A stretch of 48,015 nucleotides of DNA from Nitrospirota bacterium (GTDB lineage Bacteria > Nitrospirota > Thermodesulfovibrionia > UBA6902): contig JACRHB010000081.1 in the NCBI GenBank assembly GCA_016217725.1, forward strand, positions 1-48,015, written 5' to 3'. Positions 42,519 to 48,015 of the stretch are shown here, in pieces. The number at the start of each line of letters is the position of its first letter. Positions within the stretch are counted from its first letter, which is position 1. The notes under the pieces are model-generated. The model searched no databases. It saw nothing but the letters and a program-made list of their open reading frames with translations, and was not told where the DNA came from. A program made the translations under genes and the position numbers.

Positions 42519-44768
42519 TTACGAATAGTCAAAGGTTGGTTTTCCATTCTCCGTATCAATATAAACCTTCCCGCCCTTCATCAATTTGCCGAAAAGGATC
42601 TCTTCGGACAGCGCGTCCTTTATCTCTTTCTGTATGAGCCTGCCGAGAGGTCTTGCTCCAAGCTGGGGGTTGTAGCCGTGTTCCGAGAGATAGTTTCTTG
42701 CGCCTTCCGAGACGGTGAGCACAACCTTTTTCTCGTTAAGCTGCCTCTGCAATTCGTTGATGAATTTGTCCACGACCATTTTCATGATCTCAGGCGTCAG
42801 AGAATTGAAGGTGATGATGGAATCAAGGCGGTTTTTAAACTCAGCGCTGAACAGTCTGTTGACTGCGTCTTTGCCTTTGGACCGCGTGTCTTTTGCCCTG
42901 TCCCCGAAACCTATAACGCCTCTGCTCATTTCGGTGGTCCCGGCATTTGAAGTCATGATCAGGATGACGTTGCGGAAATCGGCTTTCTTTCCGTTGTTGT
43001 CGGTCAATGTAGCGTAATCCATCACCTGCAATAGAATGCTGAAGATATCGGGGTGGGCCTTTTCGATTTCATCCAGCAGTAAAACGCTGTGAGGGTGTTT
43101 CCTGATCGCGTCCGTCAGCAGTCCTCCCTGATCAAATCCCACGTAGCCCGGAGGCGCTCCTATCAATCTGGAGACGGTGTGTTTCTCCATGTACTCGCTC
43201 ATGTCGAAGCGGATGAATTGAATGCCGAGGACTGATGCTGTTGTTTTTGACGCCTCTGTCTTTCCCACACCCGTAGGGCCGGTAAAGAGGAAAGACCCGA
43301 TGGGTTTTTCGGCGGCTCCGAGGCCGGCGCGCGCGCGTTTGATCGAGGAGGCGAGGGAGTGCAGGGCCTCGTCCTGTCCGAAGACCGCGCCCTTAAGCTC
43401 CTCTTCCAGTTTTTTCAGCTTGTCCATGTCGGACGTCGAGACATTGCGCTTCGGGATTTTCGCAATCTTCGCAACCACGTCTTCTATTTCAGGCTGACCC
43501 ACGGTCTTTTTGGTCTTAAACGAAGGGGAGAGCTTTAATAACGCCCCTGCTTCGTCAATAACGTCAATCGCCTTGTCAGGAAGATATTTGTCGTTAATAT
43601 ATTTGGCCGAAAGCTCCGCCGCCGTCTTCAGAGACGTATCGGTATATTTCACTCCGTGATACTCTTCATAGTAGGATTTCAGCCCTTTCAATATTTGATA
43701 GGTTTCATTGACGTCAGGCTCATGGATCTCGAGCTTCTGGAAGCGCCTTGAGAGGGCCCTGTCTTTTTCAAAATAGTTTTTGTATTCCTCATACGTGCTT
43801 GCGCCTATGCACCTCATCTTGCCGGAATTGAGAATGGGCTTCAGGATATTGGAGGCGTCCATCGAGCCGCCGCTCGTGGCGCCCGCGCCGACAACGGTAT
43901 GTATCTCATCAATGAACAGGATCGCATCCGGGATCGCTTCGAGGCTCTTTATCGTCGCCTTGAGCCGGGCCTCAAAGTCGCCCCTGTATTTTGTCCCTGC
44001 AAGCAGCCCTCCCATGTCGAGAGAGAAGATGCGCGCCTTCTTCAGAAGCTCGGGGATTTCACCTTTATGAATTTTTAATGCCAGCCCTTCCACGATTGCG
44101 GTTTTGCCTACCCCGGGGTCTCCGACAAAAACTATATTATTCTTCCTTCGTCTGCACAAAACCTGGATCGTCCTTTTCAATTCCTTTTCACGCCCCACGA
44201 GGGGGTCGATGCCGCCGTCCGCCGCCTTCCGCACCAGGTCCACCGTAAACTGTTTCAGGGTGTCGCTCTTTGAAACGTGTTTCTTTTCCGGCGCTGTTTC
44301 GGTTTCATCGAGCTTTTCGTCCGCATATCTGTCTCCGGCCTTGGTTATTCCATGAGATATATAATTCAGGACGTCAAGGCGCGTGATCCCTTCCGACTCA
44401 AGGAAATATACGGCGTGAGAATCTTTTTCCATAAAGATCGCTGAAAGGATATCGCCTGCGTCCGTCTCCTGCTTCTCCGAGGACCTGACATGGTTCACCG
44501 CCGTCTGTATCACCCTTCTGAAGGCGAGGGTAGGCTCGGGGTAGCCTTTTGAAGCTTCGGATAATTTGGGGATTTTTTTGTTGAAAAAGTCTTCTATGAT
44601 CGTCTTGAGCTTTCCGATGTTCCCGCCGCAGTTGGTTATGATGTCGATTCCCCAGTCATTATGAAGTACGGCGAACAGGATATGCTCTACGGTAAGATAC
44701 TCATGACGCCGTGACTCTGCGTCCCTTATGGTCGCCTCTATCGATAATTCAAGCTCTTTGTTTATCAT
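42519..44768 (-). CDS. clpA: ATP-dependent Clp protease ATP-binding subunit ClpA
   Basis: Two AAA+ modules ([17 protein letters not shown]). ATG 44768 forms an ATGA overlap with the clpS stop; track start 44786 rejected. Confidence 0.95.
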   Translation of the reverse strand: MINKELELSIEATIRDAESRRHEYLTVEHILFAVLHNDWGIDIITNCGGNIGKLKTIIEDFFNKKIPKLSEASKGYPEPTLAFRRVIQTAVNHVRSSEKQETDAGDILSAIFMEKDSHAVYFLESEGITRLDVLNYISHGITKAGDRYADEKLDETETAPEKKHVSKSDTLKQFTVDLVRKAADGGIDPLVGREKELKRTIQVLCRRRKNNIVFVGDPGVGKTAIVEGLALKIHKGEIPELLKKARIFSLDMGGLLAGTKYRGDFEARLKATIKSLEAIPDAILFIDEIHTVVGAGATSGGSMDASNILKPILNSGKMRCIGASTYEEYKNYFEKDRALSRRFQKLEIHEPDVNETYQILKGLKSYYEEYHGVKYTDTSLKTAAELSAKYINDKYLPDKAIDVIDEAGALLKLSPSFKTKKTVGQPEIEDVVAKIAKIPKRNVSTSDMDKLKKLEEELKGAVFGQDEALHSLASSIKRARAGLGAAEKPIGSFLFTGPTGVGKTEASKTTASVLGIQFIRFDMSEYMEKHTVSRLIGAPPGYVGFDQGGLLTDAIRKHPHSVLLLDEIEKAHPDIFSILLQVMDYATLTDNNGKKADFRNVILIMTSNAGTTEMSRGVIGFGDRAKDTRSKGKDAVNRLFSAEFKNRLDSIITFNSLTPEIMKMVVDKFINELQRQLNEKKVVLTVSEGARNYLSEHGYNPQLGARPLGRLIQKEIKDALSEEILFGKLMKGGKVYIDTENGKPTFDYS

Positions 44769-45082
44769 TCCTTCTCCATCGTGCATTTAAGGGGGAAGCC
44801 GTTTTGCCTTGAGAGCTTATGCGCAGCCGCAATCTTCGTTTCCGCAATCTCACGGGTATAAACTCCGGCAAGCCCCTTGCCGTTTTTGTGGACGTGAAGC
44901 ATTATCTGTGTCGCTTCTACGGGGGGTTTGTGAAAAATATTTTCAAGAACGTGGATGACAAAATCCATCGTAGTGTAATCGTCGTTGATGAGGAAGACCT
45001 TATAGAGCGACGGAGTTATTACCTCCTGTCTCTCTTTTACCTCAAGGCCTTCACCTGGTTTAGATCTGATGTCGTCCGTCAT
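44765..45082 (-). CDS. clpS: Clp protease adaptor ClpS
   Basis: [20 protein letters not shown]. Confidence 0.95.
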   Translation of the reverse strand: MTDDIRSKPGEGLEVKERQEVITPSLYKVFLINDDYTTMDFVIHVLENIFHKPPVEATQIMLHVHKNGKGLAGVYTREIAETKIAAAHKLSRQNGFPLKCTMEKE

Positions 45083-45152
45083 TTTGTTACCTTATGATTA
45101 TTTTATTTCAACTTGAGAATAAATAAAAGGGGGAGCATGGAAAGGGGTGGTC

Positions 45153-45199
45153 AGTTTTTAGTTGTTAGTTTTTAGACTAACAACTAAAAACTAAAAACT
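45153..45199. repeat. Family H hairpin, copy 4 (overlaps the ribF stop)
   Basis: tttttagttgttag-tttttaga-ctaacaactaaaaa. Lies between clpS and ribF. Confidence 0.8.
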
Positions 45200-46119
45200 T
45201 TCAGGACGTTCCTCACGTCCTCTATGTCTTTTTTGATCTGTGAGGCCAGGGACTCGACTGATGAAAACTTCATTTCATCCCTGAGCCTTTTGATAAAATT
45301 GACCTTTATGGTTTTTCCAAGAAGCTCGCCCTCGAAATCCAGGACGTGAGTCTCAAAGCTGAATTTCTTTTCTTCAAACGTCGGATTGCAGCCTATGTTC
45401 GTCGCCCCCCCGTATTTTTTACCGTTTATTTCGACAGTGACCGCATATACACCGTCTTTAGGGAGCAGCTCATTTGCGGTTAGAAGATTGGCCGTCGGGA
45501 TATTCATGAGACTCTTTCCTCTTTTCGCCCCTTCCACTACGATGCCTTCCACCGAGTAATTTCGTCCAAGAAGGGATGCGGCCTCATCCATTTTGCCTTT
45601 TGCTATAAGCGTCCTTATCCCGGAGCTGCTGATCGTCACGTTTTTAAGCGTGATCTCTTCTACTACGGCGACCTCAAAGCCGTATTTTTTACCGAGCCCT
45701 TTTAATAATTCAGGCGAGCCTTTTCTGCCTTTTCCGAAAGTATAATTGGAGCCTATGAGAACCTCTTTGACCCCCAGGGTGTTAAAAAGGACCTCCCTCA
45801 CAAAGTCTTCGGCTGTTACATTGGCAAATTCCCTTGTGAAATTTATGCAGATCACGACGTCGACGCCGGAATCTTCTATAAGCTTTACTCTGTCTTTGTA
45901 CGTTGTAATCAGTTTAGGCGCCCGTTCAGGGGCGAGGACCTTCAGCGGATGAGGCACAAAGGTCAAAACAACCGACGTCCCGTTTTTTACCCGCGCCCTT
46001 TCCATCAGCATCTTGAAGATCTCCCGGTGTCCGAGATGCACGCCGTCAAAATTGCCGATAGTCAGCACAGGGTATGGCAGTTTTTCTTTAATGTTTTCGA
46101 CCCCGTCGATAATCTTCAA
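45184..46119 (-). CDS. ribF: Bifunctional riboflavin kinase / FMN adenylyltransferase
   Basis: GNFDGVHLGH, PTANL. The C-terminal VFSF* is encoded by repeat 45153-45199. Confidence 0.9.
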   Translation of the reverse strand: MKIIDGVENIKEKLPYPVLTIGNFDGVHLGHREIFKMLMERARVKNGTSVVLTFVPHPLKVLAPERAPKLITTYKDRVKLIEDSGVDVVICINFTREFANVTAEDFVREVLFNTLGVKEVLIGSNYTFGKGRKGSPELLKGLGKKYGFEVAVVEEITLKNVTISSSGIRTLIAKGKMDEAASLLGRNYSVEGIVVEGAKRGKSLMNIPTANLLTANELLPKDGVYAVTVEINGKKYGGATNIGCNPTFEEKKFSFETHVLDFEGELLGKTIKVNFIKRLRDEMKFSSVESLASQIKKDIEDVRNVLKVFSF

Positions 46120-46178
46120 GTCGGATGTCTCCTGTTACAATTAAAGTTTGTCTATCTATAAAAGTACGCATTAGTTTT

Positions 46179-46271
46179 CCCCTCTAACAAGAGGGGATTA
46201 AGGGGTGTGTGCTTTCTTAATCCTCAACTTATAAAAGATTTAACACACCCCGACCCCTCTTTTTAGAGGGG
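46179..46271. repeat. CCCCTC..GAGGGG hairpin pair flanking a ggggtgtgt/acacacccc stem
   Basis: Hairpins at 46179-46196 and 46254-46271. Long-range stem 46202-46210 / 46243-46251. Confidence 0.65.
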
Positions 46272-46367
46272 ACATTTAAAGGTAATAATATTTGTATTTG
46301 CCGGTTTTTGTCAAATGGCGGACGCTGATGATTGATTGATAAAAAAACCTTCTGTTATACTCAAACG

Positions 46368-47096
46368 ATGCTTGTAATTCCTGCTATAGACCTTAAAGAC
46401 GGGAAATGCGTGCGGCTTCTCCAGGGGAAGAAAGAGGAAGTCACCGTTTACTCCGACGATCCCGCCTCAACGGCAAAACACTGGGCGTCTCTTGGAGCGG
46501 AATTGCTTCACGTAGTAGACCTTGACGGGGCGTTTACCGGAGAGCAGAAGAACCTCGACATTATTAAAGCGATCAGAAAAGCTATTGAGATTCCCATTGA
46601 AGTCGGTGGAGGGATAAGGGATTTGGAGAGGATAGAAAAGCTTATCAGCCTCGGCGTGGACAGGGTGATCCTCGGGACTTCAGCGGCAAAAAATCCCGAT
46701 ATAGTTAAGAAAGCAAGCGATAAATTCCCCGGCAGAGTGCTTGTCGGCATTGACGCAAAGGACGGTAAGGCTGCCGTTAAAGGGTGGGTGGAAGTGACTG
46801 AATTTAATGCAATTGAATTTGCAACAAAGATGGAATCATCAGGTGCGGCGGGGATTATCTATACTGATATTTCACGGGATGGAATGCTTTCGGGACCGAA
46901 TATTAATGCAATGGAGAAAATGGTGAATGCAGTGAATATTCCGGTCATTGCCTCCGGAGGGGTATCGAAGATTGACGACGTAAGGAGTTTAATGAGAATA
47001 AAAGATTTGTGGGGCGTGATAACCGGAAAGGCGCTGTATGCCGGGACGCTGGACCTTAAAGAGGCAATAGGAATTGTTAGAAACAATGTCAAATGA
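46368..47096 (+). CDS. hisA: ProFAR isomerase HisA
   Basis: MLVIPAIDLKDGKCVRL, VVDLDGA, GGGIR. ATG 46368 preferred over track start 46332. Confidence 0.9.
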   Translation: MLVIPAIDLKDGKCVRLLQGKKEEVTVYSDDPASTAKHWASLGAELLHVVDLDGAFTGEQKNLDIIKAIRKAIEIPIEVGGGIRDLERIEKLISLGVDRVILGTSAAKNPDIVKKASDKFPGRVLVGIDAKDGKAAVKGWVEVTEFNAIEFATKMESSGAAGIIYTDISRDGMLSGPNINAMEKMVNAVNIPVIASGGVSKIDDVRSLMRIKDLWGVITGKALYAGTLDLKEAIGIVRNNVK

Positions 47097-47111
47097 CAAA
47101 GCTCAAATTAC

Positions 47112-47318
47112 ATGGAAGCTGATGCGGCAGAATCAAAAAAAGATTTTAATCACAAAATATCTATTACAAGAAAAGAAGCGAAAGAAACAAAGCACTGGCT
47201 ACGCATGATAGCAAAAGCAAATCCTGATAAGAAGGATACTTGTCGTTTATTATGGCGCGAATCACATGAGCTGACATTGATTTTTTCTGCCATCTTAAAA
47301 TCTAATAATACGAGGTAG
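47112..47318 (+). pseudogene. 5'-truncated four-helix-bundle (23S rRNA intervening-sequence-type) protein remnant
   Basis: AESKKDFNHKISITRKEAKETKHWLRMI matches the C-terminal half of the family. The N-terminal ~55 aa are missing. No SD. Confidence 0.5.
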
Positions 47319-47345
47319 TTGAAATTATAACATTGGAAATTTATT

Positions 47346-47373
47346 TGACATTTGGATTTTGAAATTTGGATTT
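47346..47373. repeat. Tandem heptamers TGACATT TGGATTT TGAAATT TGGATTT
   Basis: Intergenic between the four-helix remnant and hisF. Its reverse complement resembles the etfA heptamers. Confidence 0.75.
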
Positions 47374-47418
47374 AAAGCTTAAAAGAAGCACGATTCGTGT
47401 AGCATTATAGGAGGTTAA

Positions 47419-48015
47419 TTGCTGGCAAAAAGAATTATTCCCTGCCTCGACGTAAAAGACGGGAGGGTTGTGAAGGGGGTGAACTTTCTCAATCTTACCG
47501 ATGCTGGCGACCCTGTGGAGAACGCTAAGTTCTATGACGAACAGGGCGCGGACGAGCTTGTGTTCCTGGACATCACGGCTTCGCATGAGAAGAGAAAGAT
47601 CATCCTCGACGTTGTCGCCCGGACGGCGGATGACGTGTTTATGCCTTTAACTGTGGGAGGCGGGATAAAGACACTCGATGATATACGCGACCTTCTGAAT
47701 TCCGGCTGCGACAAGGTTTCCATCAACACTACAGCAGTCCGCAATCCGTATTTTATAAAAGAAGCCGCGGAAAGGTTCGGAAGCCAGTGCATAGTTGTTG
47801 CCGTTGACGCAAAGAGGGTAAGACAGGATATGACATACGAGCCGGAAGAACCGTGGTTTGATGATGCTTTTTTAAAAGAGGTGAAACTTGAATTATCTAC
47901 TTCCCACTTCCCACTTCCCACTTCCCACTTGTCGTTAACATGGGCTATCTCCACGCACGGCGGAAGGAAGATGCGGCGGATTGACGCCATAAGATGGGCG
48001 AAGAAGATGGAAGAG
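47419..48015 (+). CDS. hisF: Imidazole glycerol phosphate synthase cyclase subunit HisF (3' partial, with ~35-aa insertion)
   Basis: Not in the ORF track (TTG start, runs off the window). [46 protein letters not shown] at 47409-47414. Confidence 0.85.
   Translation, partial: MLAKRIIPCLDVKDGRVVKGVNFLNLTDAGDPVENAKFYDEQGADELVFLDITASHEKRKIILDVVARTADDVFMPLTVGGGIKTLDDIRDLLNSGCDKVSINTTAVRNPYFIKEAAERFGSQCIVVAVDAKRVRQDMTYEPEEPWFDDAFLKEVKLELSTSHFPLPTSHLSLTWAISTHGGRKMRRIDAIRWAKKMEE
47899..47926 (+). repeat. Tandem heptamer ACTTCCC x4 inside hisF
   Basis: Translated in frame as [10 protein letters not shown] within the hisF insertion. Confidence 0.85.

Noticed and set aside
47532-47990. 152-aa minus-strand ORF, the only track ORF covering this region
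   Set aside because: The plus strand encodes a clear HisF (TTG 47419, open to the window end). The minus-strand ORF is its shadow.

Overview
48-kb window from an uncultivated, apparently anaerobic bacterium. There are no rRNA or tRNA genes, so lineage cannot be assigned from this sequence. Most of it is tightly packed housekeeping operons: yceD-rpmF-plsX-fabH ... fabD, an acyl-CoA dehydrogenase with etfB and a ferredoxin-fused etfA, ilvE, pcm, surE, cspA, xerC-hslV-hslU, aat-clpA-clpS, ribF and hisA/hisF. Three accessory blocks stand out. (i) 1-9.0 kb is an AT-richer block of secreted proteins. It holds a PEP-CTERM protein and a three-gene operon: a 1429-aa FN3/TSP3/7-blade-propeller/PKD protein, a 189-aa secreted protein, and a 1043-aa protein with zinc phospholipase-C/P1-nuclease-like motifs. 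(ii) 9.2-13.2 kb is an ArsR-headed sulfur module. Its DsrE-like gene is cut by an in-frame TGA that I read as selenocysteine (U-G-G-C, with a SECIS-like hairpin). It is followed by DsrH/TusB-like, SQR-like, TauE/TSUP and cytochrome c genes. (iii) 19.85-22.98 kb is an AT-richer two-gene unit lying between acd and etfBA. A tandem RadC-N (HhH) protein lacking the JAB domain overlaps an 844-aa alpha-type Zn-ribbon DNA methyltransferase that has an unassigned C-terminal nuclease-like domain. This is my best candidate for an undescribed defence or epigenetic module. Nearly every intergenic spacer in the housekeeping part carries a palindromic or heptanucleotide-repeat element from several families. 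Some run into coding sequence: the etfA linker, a hisF insertion, and the C-termini of ribF and an FAD oxidoreductase. All calls come from reading the ORF translations and the DNA by eye; no searches were run.
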